From an uncultured Lachnospiraceae bacterium (GTDB taxonomy: Bacteria > Bacillota > Clostridia > Lachnospirales > Lachnospiraceae), in the NCBI GenBank assembly GCA_964369775.1, contig CAYJHQ010000004.1:15030-79029 (forward strand): DNA of 64,000 nucleotides, in the 5' to 3' direction. The notes beneath the pieces were generated by a model that saw only the letters and a list, made by a program, of their open reading frames with translations, did not search any database and was not told the origin of the DNA. Within the stretch, counting starts at the first letter, position 1. The number at the start of each line of letters is the position of its first letter. A program made the position numbers and the translations under genes. Positions 38,702-48,617 of the stretch are shown here, in pieces.

Positions 38702-39745
38702 CTAGTTAAAACATTCTAGTGCGTCAAAGTGAATTTCTTTTAGTGAGTCCTTTCCATTTTGATAAATCTCGATTATGCCAATGTCCGATTTGTCGTAGCT
38801 CATACAAGCGCCTTCAACTCTATCTTTTATCTGCTTTTCAAAGTAATCAATTACTGCATTAATTTTTTCCGTTGTATCGCAATGAATAGCAACGTTCATG
38901 ATGGATGCCTCTGTGAGTGCTGACCCATACATGTGCTCATCCAATATTTGAATTGTAATGAATGCAGACTCTCCATCCTTTTCAACTGCATATGCTCGAG
39001 AGATGCTATCAAGAATCACTCCCTGATTATTCGCAAACCCGTCAAGAAAGATGGGGGCCGTATTCCCTTTTGGTCTGTTGTATCCCAAGGCGCCTATCGC
39101 AGAAACCACATCTAATGCCAACATGGAACTCAGTTCCAAAAGTCGCAAATTTGTGATTGCGCATACTTTCATCCCATGCTCATCTCCTATTTGTATATAA
39201 GCCTTAACATGGTAGTCTTTTCTTAACACTCGCTCAACTTTACCTACCCTTAGAACAGCTGTTGGTGATGTATCGCGAAGCAATTTGTTATACTTTGTCT
39301 GCAAGTCCACGAAGGCTGACTGCATTTGCACAATTTGTTTTGGTGTATAGCCTGTTGCTTGATACTCCTTGAGCAAATCAAGGGATTCCCCTCTCGATAG
39401 AGCTAATTTAAGCTCCGTTTTTTGAGACTGCGTAAGCTCAACCTCTATATCATAATCATCTCCATACACATCTCCATTATGATATGTGATGAACATTACA
39501 GCATCCTCTCCCTCATAAGAGGCAAATAAACTAATATGATCACCAGACTCATTCGTGCTCAATCCAAATACCTCATCTGGATTAAAATTTACTGATATTT
39601 GCCATACAGTTGCAAGGTCAAGCTCTTCTGGGTCATGTATAAGTAATGACGTAACACTAAGTGAATCAATCATTCTTACAGATCTCACCTTTCTTTCAAA
39701 AATACTTTCTCGACTACACTTTTTTAAATGTTCTTTTGTTTTCAT
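38702..39745 (-). CDS. hypothetical protein (347 aa)
   Basis: Conserved leader AGGAGGAAGAAAGA. Contains an internal copy of the palindrome. Confidence 0.5.
   Translation of the reverse strand: MKTKEHLKKCSRESIFERKVRSVRMIDSLSVTSLLIHDPEELDLATVWQISVNFNPDEVFGLSTNESGDHISLFASYEGEDAVMFITYHNGDVYGDDYDIEVELTQSQKTELKLALSRGESLDLLKEYQATGYTPKQIVQMQSAFVDLQTKYNKLLRDTSPTAVLRVGKVERVLRKDYHVKAYIQIGDEHGMKVCAITNLRLLELSSMLALDVVSAIGALGYNRPKGNTAPIFLDGFANNQGVILDSISRAYAVEKDGESAFITIQILDEHMYGSALTEASIMNVAIHCDTTEKINAVIDYFEKQIKDRVEGACMSYDKSDIGIIEIYQNGKDSLKEIHFDALECFN
39125..39137. promoter_or_regulatory. element palindrome copy 11 (inside CDS 38702..39745)
   Basis: TGGAACTCAGTTCCA within coding sequence. Confidence 0.5.
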
Positions 39746-39823
39746 TCTTTCTTCCTCCTAAGATTTTTTATTCACTAAAAATATGACAAATAGCCCCCAA
39801 AAAAAAGAAGAGGTTTCCCTCTT

Positions 39824-40162
39824 CTATGCGTATCTTATGAGCGCCACCTTTAGCACCCCAACTGCCAATAGGCAAGCGCTAAAAATCGCAATTGTTTGTA
39901 TAAAGAGAACCGCAACGTCATCAACCTTGTGCGCCGCTGGATCAACAAAGAACGCTAATTGAATCATCACCATTGCAACAATGATCACCGCAATTGCAAA
40001 TACAATTCCAAGCAACCCCATTGCAATTTTTGCATCCTCTTTCTTTTGCTCTAGTAACACCCACCATAAAGCAAACATCACAGCCACAAGCAATGCAATA
40101 GCCACTCCTATATTATCCACGACCTCTGTTAGCGCCGCTCCATTATCTACAAATATTCTCAT
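39824..40162 (-). CDS. small membrane protein (112 aa)
   Basis: Three TM helices. Confidence 0.45.
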   Translation of the reverse strand: MRIFVDNGAALTEVVDNIGVAIALLVAVMFALWWVLLEQKKEDAKIAMGLLGIVFAIAVIIVAMVMIQLAFFVDPAAHKVDDVAVLFIQTIAIFSACLLAVGVLKVALIRYA

Positions 40163-40227
40163 ATCTTGTTCCTCCTAAAATTTATTTTATCGAAAACAAT
40201 ATGTAGGTTTTCTCAAAGAAAAAAAAC

Positions 40228-40240
40228 GGAACTCAGTTCC
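40228..40240. promoter_or_regulatory. element palindrome copy 12
   Basis: CGGAACTCAGTTCCG. Confidence 0.6.
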
Positions 40241-40248
40241 GCTTTCTA

Positions 40249-41643
40249 CTATTCTTTGCAGCACGATATTTCAGAGTTTCTCAAAAGCTCTTTCATATCT
40301 CCAGCATTTACAGGTTTTGAAAAACAATAACCCTGTGCAGTGTCGCATCCTAATTGCTGTAGCAGCGAGACGTGATCATAAGTCTCGACGCCCTCACAAA
40401 CAACCTTAAAACCTAATCCTTTCGCCATGCGAACTACATTATCAATGATAATAACCCCATCACGCACCTCTTTTTCTGTTGATCCGCTTAAAAACTTCTT
40501 ATCTAGTTTCAAGGTATCAACGTCAAATTGCGTTAGCCGATTCAGCGAAGAATACTCTGCGCCAAAATCATCAATTGCGATTCCAAACCCCATCTCTTTT
40601 AAAACACGGATTTTTTCATTGACGCCCACGCCTTCTTGCAAAGCCCCCTCGGTTAGCTCTAGCTCAATACGCGATGGTGAGACAAAGTAGCGATATGTTA
40701 TATCTCTAACCCTTGTCACGAAATCATCATCTAGTAGTGTTGCTGATGATATATTAGTAGATATCACTGGTATATGAAAAGTTTTGAAGTTTTTGCTGAT
40801 AAACTTGCATACTTCTTCAAAGACGTACAAATCTAAATCGACAATATAATTCGTTTTCTCAAAAACAGGAATAAACATGTCTGGATAAAGCATTTGGCTT
40901 CCATCCTTGGGAATCCAACGAACCAAGGCTTCAATTCCGCACATTTTCAATGTAATCAAATCTATTTTAGGTTGATACCACGCCTCAAACTCATTATCCT
41001 CAAATCCTTTTTTGGCTCGAAATATCACCTCTTCGGCTAAATCTGTCGCTGCTCTCATCGCCTCGTCAAATTCATACAGCGTGATTTTGCAAACCTCGGC
41101 ACCTTTTTCTTTGGCGAGATCTGCATTTTCCATAGCATCTGCAACATCTACTCCCTTTTCTATCTCACAAGCACCGACTGAAAAGCTAAAATCAAAAGAC
41201 TCATCTAGCACCTTTCGCAGGCGAGGAATTATTTTCTCCAACTCCACCTTCATATCTACTTTTCGCTTTTTGCTATTTAAAACATAAAATCGCTCACCAG
41301 TAGCCTTTGCAATAAGAGCCTTTGTTGATCCAAAAATCTCCGAAAGACCATTAGCCGTCTCAATAACTACTACATCGCCCTTCTCCTCTCCATATCTCTT
41401 TACAATCGCCCTCATGCGATCAATATCAATAGAGAGCAGTTCGTACTCCCCCTCGCCCGCTGAATTGATTTTTCTTTCCACAAGCTCCTTAAAGTACCCT
41501 GTCGAGATTAGCCCTGTAATCGCATCCCTCTGCATAATACTCAACTCATCCTCTTTTAATCGACCTTTTCGTTTTCGATATGCATACCATGCACACAGCA
41601 CCAATATAAGCGCCACAACCAATAAATAATACATCCAACACAC
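40249..41643 (-). CDS. membrane-anchored GGDEF(degenerate)-EAL protein (c-di-GMP phosphodiesterase-like)
   Basis: N-terminal TM, then EAL signature ...GIEALVRW..., DDFG..., EGVE. GTG or ATG start. Confidence 0.65.
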   Translation of the reverse strand: MCWMYYLLVVALILVLCAWYAYRKRKGRLKEDELSIMQRDAITGLISTGYFKELVERKINSAGEGEYELLSIDIDRMRAIVKRYGEEKGDVVVIETANGLSEIFGSTKALIAKATGERFYVLNSKKRKVDMKVELEKIIPRLRKVLDESFDFSFSVGACEIEKGVDVADAMENADLAKEKGAEVCKITLYEFDEAMRAATDLAEEVIFRAKKGFEDNEFEAWYQPKIDLITLKMCGIEALVRWIPKDGSQMLYPDMFIPVFEKTNYIVDLDLYVFEEVCKFISKNFKTFHIPVISTNISSATLLDDDFVTRVRDITYRYFVSPSRIELELTEGALQEGVGVNEKIRVLKEMGFGIAIDDFGAEYSSLNRLTQFDVDTLKLDKKFLSGSTEKEVRDGVIIIDNVVRMAKGLGFKVVCEGVETYDHVSLLQQLGCDTAQGYCFSKPVNAGDMKELLRNSEISCCKE

Positions 41644-41724
41644 TCTCTTTCCTCTTTTTCACTATTAATATGCAAAACTAGAGATGGTCAAAAAAAAGAG
41701 ACGAAGCTTTCGCCTCGTCTAGTT

Positions 41725-42675
41725 CTATGAAACCTTTTGCTCTTCCTCGTCAAAGTCAAATAACCTCTGAATCGGAACGTATTGTTCGATTACTGGCAAC
41801 ACTTCCTTCACCGCTTTATACGCAGCTGTAAACACTGATGGAGTCTTTAAATCCTTATTCATCCCCTTCCACGCACTATAATGATCTTTGAAGTGTATTT
41901 TTCTTGTCTCAATCACGTCAACGCCAAGTGCGTAAGTTAGAATAATTCCAAAGATGTCCGCCTCCGACTCTTTTTTGTACAGATTTTGCTCCATCCTATG
42001 ATTCATCACAGCATGACCAATCTCATGAGTAAGAGTAGAGACGCAAGACGCTCCTTTGTACAGCTTATTTACTGACAACTCCTTTGTGTAGTTATTGCAA
42101 GTGCCCCGAAGCCCAAATCCGTGATCCGACTCGGTATCTGTGTCATAACCTAATTCCTCCGACACATACTCAATCAATCCCTCGATAATAGGTGTAATGC
42201 GATCATCATCCTCTCCTAAAAAGAATGCTTGTGGGTAGCTCTCTCTCGGATAGTTGGTTTGACTGATATCAAATACATTGCCCGTTTTGAAAGCCATCAC
42301 AGATGTTGTATTCAGTTCTCCATCCTTAGCTCTTTGGCGCTCTTCCTTTGTAGCCGTGCTATATGGTTTCTTCTCTCCATCTACATCAATAACCATAAAT
42401 GGAGCTGGAACAAGGATCTTAATACCTTTCTCTCCCTTGTTTACTGAATAGCCCTTTTCTTTCCAAAAATTAAATGAGCCCACACATCGCGCACCTCTAC
42501 ACTGCGATTCAATAAGTTCGAAGTTTCTATCGCTATAGCTATCACAAAACATACTGATAAACTTCAAGCGCTCTATGCTGTTTTCCAAATCTTCTTCAAA
42601 CACCTCGCATTGCTTCACAAGCTGCTTCACAGCATCTTTTCTCGCCTCGTAATCCACTTTCTTTTTTGATTTCAT
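41725..42675 (-). CDS. ArdC-like antirestriction/zincin metallopeptidase-domain protein (HExxH)
   Basis: C-terminal LTHEIGHAVMNH HExxH motif, N-terminal basic ssDNA-binding-like region. Length about 316 aa, like ArdC. Confidence 0.5.
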   Translation of the reverse strand: MKSKKKVDYEARKDAVKQLVKQCEVFEEDLENSIERLKFISMFCDSYSDRNFELIESQCRGARCVGSFNFWKEKGYSVNKGEKGIKILVPAPFMVIDVDGEKKPYSTATKEERQRAKDGELNTTSVMAFKTGNVFDISQTNYPRESYPQAFFLGEDDDRITPIIEGLIEYVSEELGYDTDTESDHGFGLRGTCNNYTKELSVNKLYKGASCVSTLTHEIGHAVMNHRMEQNLYKKESEADIFGIILTYALGVDVIETRKIHFKDHYSAWKGMNKDLKTPSVFTAAYKAVKEVLPVIEQYVPIQRLFDFDEEEQKVS

Positions 42676-42754
42676 CTTTCTTCCTCCTAAAATTTATTTT
42701 CAGTGGTAATATGAAAAATTGGTAAAAAAAGAGAGCTTACGCGCTCTCTCTTCA

Positions 42755-43033
42755 TCATGCTAGCTTAGGGCAAGCTCCAAGACCACCAACTGTTTTTGGC
42801 AATCTCCTAAAAGCATCTTTGTGAACACAAAGAATCGCGTACTCACATTTCCAGCATTCGCAAGCCTGGTCCTCATTCTTGTATTCGTGCTCATGATAAC
42901 CCAGAAGTGCACCTGTACGTCTATACAGCTCACTTCTTAAAGCTTCTGAGTCTACGCCCACCATCCTTCCTTCGGATAAATGCCACAATTTGTTTTTAAT
43001 TTCGTTTACACTCATTTCGCTAACATCTTTCAT
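42755..43033 (-). CDS. hypothetical protein (92 aa)
   Basis: Leader AGGAGGTG. Confidence 0.45.
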   Translation of the reverse strand: MKDVSEMSVNEIKNKLWHLSEGRMVGVDSEALRSELYRRTGALLGYHEHEYKNEDQACECWKCEYAILCVHKDAFRRLPKTVGGLGACPKLA

Positions 43034-43187
43034 CTTTTACACCTCCTGAAATTTCACCTTCAAAATCAATATGGCGGATATTACGAAACAAAGAAGCGGA
43101 GTTGAACTCCACCCCTAATCATATATCAAAAAAAAAGACAGAGCTTTTGCTCCATCTTTCAAAAATAAATTAACCATCTCGTGATAC

Positions 43188-43200
43188 GGAACTGAGTTCC
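43188..43200. promoter_or_regulatory. element palindrome copy 13
   Basis: CGGAACTGAGTTCCG. Confidence 0.6.
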
Positions 43201-43248
43201 GAACATCTCACAAACCAATGACTTTAGGTTATTTTCATCCACTAAGTA

Positions 43249-43875
43249 CTACATCGCCAACTTTCGACAAATAATGCCATCTTTTACGTAAAAGGTTGCA
43301 AGCTCCTCTTTTTGAGCTCGCAAGACAAAGCTTCCGTCTCCTTCACACTCAAAGCATTCCTCGCTCAAGAAATTTTCTGCATCACCCACCTCTACGCCTA
43401 CTAAAAAGTTCTGCAAAAGATAGTCTGGCATTGCTATAAGCGCATCTTCGTCTATAAGCAACTCTCCTCTTTCTAGCTCGGCAAACGTTCCAGTTGAGTG
43501 CATTGCCGCAGCCACACCCTCGTAGCATTCATGATGAGAGCAAGCATCTGCCTCAACATCGCCACAGACATTGCAGTTATACAGGCAATAACAGCAGCGG
43601 CATGATTGCAAGATCTGCGCCTTCTCTTCAAATGTCATTGCTCTAAATTCAGCCACTTTCTCTGTAGGCACCGCATCACTTGTAGTTAAATCCACAGGTG
43701 TTGGCATTTTATTAAGCTCTGACGCATCTTTATTCTTCCAATCTAAAATAGCCTTATAATCTGTTTCTTCATGTGTGTTATCAGATATAGAGTAAGCACC
43801 ATCCTCTTCTGGCATATCAATTAACCCTGCCAACGTCTCTAAATTGATTTCATTCATTTTTTCACTAATTTTCAT
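43249..43875 (-). CDS. Cys-rich hypothetical protein (208 aa)
   Basis: Conserved leader before ATG at 43875. CRCCYCLYNCNVCG cluster. Confidence 0.5.
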   Translation of the reverse strand: MKISEKMNEINLETLAGLIDMPEEDGAYSISDNTHEETDYKAILDWKNKDASELNKMPTPVDLTTSDAVPTEKVAEFRAMTFEEKAQILQSCRCCYCLYNCNVCGDVEADACSHHECYEGVAAAMHSTGTFAELERGELLIDEDALIAMPDYLLQNFLVGVEVGDAENFLSEECFECEGDGSFVLRAQKEELATFYVKDGIICRKLAM

Positions 43876-43932
43876 ATTTTTCTTCCTCCTAAAATTTATT
43901 TTCAAGGAGAATATGTCAGGTTTTAGAAGATT

Positions 43933-43945
43933 GGAACTCAGTTCC
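43933..43945. promoter_or_regulatory. element palindrome copy 14
   Basis: TTGGAACTCAGTTCCAA. Confidence 0.6.
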
Positions 43946-43962
43946 AAAAAAAGAGAGGTGGC

Positions 43963-44250
43963 TTATACACCAACTCTCTCTCTTTCTTCCACCTCAGCTA
44001 CGAAATCAACCATTTCTTTGACTGCATCGTTCATTTCCGCTATCTCATCAACGCTCAACTGAATATTAAAATCAAATTGTAGCGTGCCTTGACCTTGATA
44101 CACCACATCAGGCGTTATATGAGGTTTCTTTTTACTAGTGAATTTGTAATCAATAAAATCCTCTCCAGCAAATTTTTTGCAGATGTGACTCTCTGTTTCA
44201 AAAGTCGTTGTCGTAAACCCTAACGGATTCGTTCTTTTTGTGATATTCAT
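43963..44250 (-). CDS. hypothetical protein (95 aa)
   Basis: ORF; 3-nt gap to the upstream ORF (operonic). Confidence 0.45.
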   Translation of the reverse strand: MNITKRTNPLGFTTTTFETESHICKKFAGEDFIDYKFTSKKKPHITPDVVYQGQGTLQFDFNIQLSVDEIAEMNDAVKEMVDFVAEVEERERVGV

Positions 44251-44252
44251 TA

Positions 44253-44675
44253 CTACAGCCCTCCAGCCTTTTTAAAATTGATAGGTCTAGCACCTTCTCT
44301 GTTTTCAAACAAGTCTTCCACTACGAGAAAGCAAAAATCAGCAACTTCATAGCGATTCTCAACGTCTCCCTTGAATGGCGCACTCATTTCAAACATGGCC
44401 GCATAGCGATTAATTACCCTCGCTCCAACAATAGCCGCCTCGTGAGCACTTCTTCTCTTTGAGTCCAAATTCATAATCTTCTCTCTTAGATCTTCTCCCT
44501 CACAAGTTGCTCGTAAGAAGGGTATTCTTACCTCCATACGGTTCACTGCAACCACATAATTGATACAATTATTGAAGCTGCGCTCTAATAATTCTAGTAT
44601 ATCACTTTTATCCTCTTCTGTAAAATTCCCACCTTGCACATTCACAATTAATTCTTTGATTATTTCCTTCATCAT
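44253..44675 (-). CDS. hypothetical protein (140 aa)
   Basis: Leader AGGAGGAATGGAAAA. Confidence 0.5.
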   Translation of the reverse strand: MMKEIIKELIVNVQGGNFTEEDKSDILELLERSFNNCINYVVAVNRMEVRIPFLRATCEGEDLREKIMNLDSKRRSAHEAAIVGARVINRYAAMFEMSAPFKGDVENRYEVADFCFLVVEDLFENREGARPINFKKAGGL

Positions 44676-44739
44676 TTTTCCATTCCTCCTAATTTTTCTT
44701 TTCGGAGGTAATATGGGAAAACAGTGAAAAGAAAATCTC

Positions 44740-44752
44740 GGAACTCAGTTCC
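44740..44752. promoter_or_regulatory. element palindrome copy 15
   Basis: CGGAACTCAGTTCCA. Confidence 0.6.
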
Positions 44753-44807
44753 AAAACACAAAGTTCTTACAGGGACAGAAAAAGAGAGCTTTCGCTCTCC
44801 TTTTTGG

Positions 44808-47800
44808 TTAAACCCTCTTTATCTTCAAAATAAATCCTGCGACAAATAATAATAAGGTCATTATTGCAATGTATAAGTAAATAGGGCTTGAATCACTTGT
44901 TTGCAATGCTTCAATCATGCCTGCCTCTTCTACTGATTCATCTTTGACATCCTCTTCTGTTGAATCCTCTGTTGAGTTCTCGCCAGCATCCCCGTCAGGT
45001 ATTTCTCCCTCTGGTGCTGTTGGAACCTCATCTGTCTCTTCGCCTGTCTCTTCATCCGGTACCTCTCCCTCTGGACCTGTCGGCGCTTCTACCTCTGGAA
45101 TATCTCCTACCTGATGCTCATTATCTCCAAGCTCTGGTAGCGTTGGATCCCCCTCATTTGGCTCTTCTGGATCTGTCGGCTCTGTCGGAATCTCACCTAC
45201 TTGATGCTCGTTGTCTCCCATCTCTGGCAATGTTGCCTCATCATAGAATGAAACAACTGCAGTAGCTTCTGCTAAAAGATCTACGTCTGAATTGATTGGA
45301 TCTTTCGCTACAACAGCAGCAACACTTTCGTAAATGCCTGTTTCTAACTGTGTGTACTCGTAAGTAATTGTTACAACCTCACCCCCCAAAAGCCCTTTAG
45401 TTAAGACAAGGCTTTCATTCAATTCAAACTCCACTATCTCGCCTGTTGACGATGTAAGCTTTAAGTTCTTGGCTATTGCAAATGTCGCACCTGACACCAT
45501 TACAGAATTAAGAGCTCTCGGACTCTTGTTTTCAATTGCGATTGTGTATTTTACAACACCTCCAACCTTCATTTCTGCCACATCACTAGTCATTGTCATA
45601 TCAACCCTTGATGCCTCTAGTGAATGGAATACAACCGTTGTCTCTGCTGAATCTGTCAGCTCCTTACTTGGAATATATGGGTTTTTCGCTGTAACAGTCG
45701 CCGCTGTAGTTACTGCTTGAGGCGTCTTGCTTGTTGCGTCAAACGAAATTAACGCCTTAGCCCCCGCTTTAATCTCCTGCTCTATTACGACTGTGCTTCC
45801 GTTTAATGTGAACGCAACCTCTTCCCCATCTACTAAAACTTTTAGATTTGTTGCCGTTTTAAATAAATCATCTAAAACCTCTACACCTTCTAATGCTACA
45901 TCGTTTGGATTTTCAACTATCGTCTGATACTCCACAATTTCATTCACAGTGGCTTCTGTCTTATTTGAACTCTTCTTAATTTCAATAATTGGCTCATCAA
46001 CAAAGTTTATTGTTGCTTTTCCATTCGCTTTTGCGCTTACTGTTCCAAATTTGGCAGCAACATCCACTGTATTTTCGTAAGACCCTGCTGTATCTTGAGT
46101 ATAGTCATAAGTGATTGTAACCCTCTTTTCAATATCAGTTAGACTCATATTCTCTCCATCCAATGAATAATTTGCACCATTAACAACAATGTTTGTCGCT
46201 TTTATGAATGCTTGATCTGACACAGTCATGGAGTGAGCATTGAATAAATTTTCATCCAAAATCTCAATCTCAAATGTTGCATTTTCTCCCACTAACACTG
46301 TCTCTTGTTTTGCAATCTTTGATACAGCAATTACAGGATCCACAAATGCTACGCGAGTGCTCGCTTCATCAGAAAGCATAATCCCATCAACTGTAGGGTG
46401 TGGCGCCTCTACTTTAACAGCATTTACAAACTCTCCTGCTTCGGATTGTTCGTGGTCATAATTGATTGTAACAACCTCTCTCGCTAAAAGACTATCTAGC
46501 GTAAGATTACCCTCAGTATCTGTTGAAAATGGAACGATGCCTCGCTCTGTTGAGTTTAACGACACCCCATCTAATTTAAAAGGAATTGTGTCGTCTACAA
46601 AAACGCTAGAAATCTCAACATCGCTATGATTCTCAACTGTTACTGTATATCCAACAGGCGAACCACTCATTGCTTCCTTCACACTTGCCTCTTTATCCAC
46701 CGTGATTGCGATATCATCATGAAATATAGTTGTAACATCGCCCATTTCAATCAGTGTTAAGCTGTCATTATTTGGATCTAACACCTCTGCTTGTGTTGCA
46801 CTCACAAACTCTCCTGCCTTATCGTGTGCGTATTTGTAAGTGATCACTGCCGCTTCTCCCATCAAGATTGAAGGTATTGTAAAAGCATTCCCTTCTACTG
46901 TAACATCTATCTCTTCCCCATTCACTAACACGACCATATCAGCCGCATTTGGAAAAGCCTTGTCTGTAACTAAAACATCTGCTAAGTCAAACCCGCCATC
47001 ATTTGTTATCGTTACTGTATATGACGCCTCATCGCCAAGCATGTATGCATCTTTTTCTGCCGTCTTTTTCACTGTAAATGATGCTGGCTTTACAAATTCT
47101 ACATCTACCGAATCTGTTCCTGCCAATTCACTGCCTTTTACAAGTGGATTTGTAGCCGCTACGCTAGCAGTGTTGGTAAATACACCTAAATCTTTTTGCG
47201 TGTATTTGTAAGTAACTGTAGCGTACCCACTTGCCTCTATAGGTTCATGGAGTGTGATTGTATCGTGAATTACTGATGAATGCCATCCACCACACGCAAA
47301 AACGCCTGCCATTACTTGCTCTCTAATATGCTCCTCTGCAAAGCCAGTAATATCAGCTCCGCATCCATTACAAAGCTGCACATTTCTACCTCTTTTGTGA
47401 GTGATGTACTCGCCCTCTGCATCTTCAACAACTGCTGTAATATCAGCACTAGCTAAAACAGGATCAGAAATCACCACTTCGTCAATATCAGTAGCGCTCT
47501 CATTCGTTACTTTTATTGTATAAGTAACATCACTTCCCGCAGGCAAAGACTCTTTATTAGATGTCTTTTGAACTGTCATTATCGCATCTGGCAAAACAGT
47601 CACTCTAGCCTCAGAGTCTTCCATCAACGGCTCGTGCTTATCTAAGTATGTAGCGGAAACCTCAATCGTATTTGCTATAACGCTTGTCACTTCAGCATCG
47701 CTTGGGATTGTGTAATCATAATTGATTGTAATTACATCACCAGGATTGACAACCTCTGTAATTACAAGGTCGCGTCCGATTATTTCATATAATATGCCCT

Positions 47801-48359
47801 CAGTCCCGTTTGATACAACTAGATTTTCCACCGTATCAAAATCAATAAGAGTATCAGCAACAACTGTGTTTGAATACTCTGCCTTTCCAGCATTTGTTAT
47901 CACCACCTCATAAGTAACCACTTCACCTCTATAAGCTTCTGGCTTTACAATTTTTGCAACTTCAAGGCCTGGTGTTATTTCTTTCCAATGCCCAAATATT
48001 AATTCGTCTGAAGTTACCGCTTGCGTAAAATCAAAATGATCCTCCGGTTGTTCGATTGGCTGCTCTAACAAAGACCACCCTTCAAAATAGAAAGTCTTTT
48101 CATTGACTTCTACAATATCGCCAGTGCTATAATTTGGCGTTGTTGGAACTCCTGGCTCTGCCAACTCTTCCGCTGGCTGCTCTGTTATATTGTGACCCTC
48201 TGGAAGTCCTAAATGCTCATATTGTATTGTTATACTAGTCGTTGTACTTCTCATGCTCGCCTCTACCAACGAGCCTCCAATACCCGCTGACAAAACTGTG
48301 GCCACAGCTAAGGCACACGCAGTGCCCTTTTTAAAAATTGTCTTTATTCTATTTTTCAT
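44808..48359 (-). CDS. large surface adhesin with DUF11-type repeat domains, acidic LPE(L/M)GDNEHQVG(E/D)IP repeats and C-terminal sorting-signal-like tail
   Basis: Signal peptide, repeated TYT..V.N.G domains. C-terminus ...ALQTSDSSPIYLYIAIMTLLLFVAGFILKIKRV (motif + TM + basic tail). Confidence 0.75.
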   Translation of the reverse strand: MKNRIKTIFKKGTACALAVATVLSAGIGGSLVEASMRSTTTSITIQYEHLGLPEGHNITEQPAEELAEPGVPTTPNYSTGDIVEVNEKTFYFEGWSLLEQPIEQPEDHFDFTQAVTSDELIFGHWKEITPGLEVAKIVKPEAYRGEVVTYEVVITNAGKAEYSNTVVADTLIDFDTVENLVVSNGTEGILYEIIGRDLVITEVVNPGDVITINYDYTIPSDAEVTSVIANTIEVSATYLDKHEPLMEDSEARVTVLPDAIMTVQKTSNKESLPAGSDVTYTIKVTNESATDIDEVVISDPVLASADITAVVEDAEGEYITHKRGRNVQLCNGCGADITGFAEEHIREQVMAGVFACGGWHSSVIHDTITLHEPIEASGYATVTYKYTQKDLGVFTNTASVAATNPLVKGSELAGTDSVDVEFVKPASFTVKKTAEKDAYMLGDEASYTVTITNDGGFDLADVLVTDKAFPNAADMVVLVNGEEIDVTVEGNAFTIPSILMGEAAVITYKYAHDKAGEFVSATQAEVLDPNNDSLTLIEMGDVTTIFHDDIAITVDKEASVKEAMSGSPVGYTVTVENHSDVEISSVFVDDTIPFKLDGVSLNSTERGIVPFSTDTEGNLTLDSLLAREVVTINYDHEQSEAGEFVNAVKVEAPHPTVDGIMLSDEASTRVAFVDPVIAVSKIAKQETVLVGENATFEIEILDENLFNAHSMTVSDQAFIKATNIVVNGANYSLDGENMSLTDIEKRVTITYDYTQDTAGSYENTVDVAAKFGTVSAKANGKATINFVDEPIIEIKKSSNKTEATVNEIVEYQTIVENPNDVALEGVEVLDDLFKTATNLKVLVDGEEVAFTLNGSTVVIEQEIKAGAKALISFDATSKTPQAVTTAATVTAKNPYIPSKELTDSAETTVVFHSLEASRVDMTMTSDVAEMKVGGVVKYTIAIENKSPRALNSVMVSGATFAIAKNLKLTSSTGEIVEFELNESLVLTKGLLGGEVVTITYEYTQLETGIYESVAAVVAKDPINSDVDLLAEATAVVSFYDEATLPEMGDNEHQVGEIPTEPTDPEEPNEGDPTLPELGDNEHQVGDIPEVEAPTGPEGEVPDEETGEETDEVPTAPEGEIPDGDAGENSTEDSTEEDVKDESVEEAGMIEALQTSDSSPIYLYIAIMTLLLFVAGFILKIKRV

Positions 48360-48617
48360 TTTCTTTCCTTTTCTTGTAGCGAACTGTACACATCCGCTAC
48401 TTGATTAATCATTTTCAAGTGTCTGTTTGTGAACGTTCGAAAGCCTTACCCCGAATCCTTATATGATGTTTCCTTTTTCATCCATTTCCCTCTTTTCTGT
48501 ATTTGTCTTTAATATGTTGAAATTCACAGTGCAAAGGGAATATTTTCATAGTGTAGTTTTTTTAGAAGCTGTACAACCATTGAACGACAAAAAAGAGAGC
48601 TCTCGCCCTCTTTCTTA

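Noticed and set aside
44900-45250. LPELG/LPEMG as a sortase LPXTG cleavage site
   Set aside because: Occurs twice internally in one protein, and as seven tandem LPTLPEL repeats in the other, far from the C-terminal hydrophobic/basic tail. More consistent with an acidic linker repeat.
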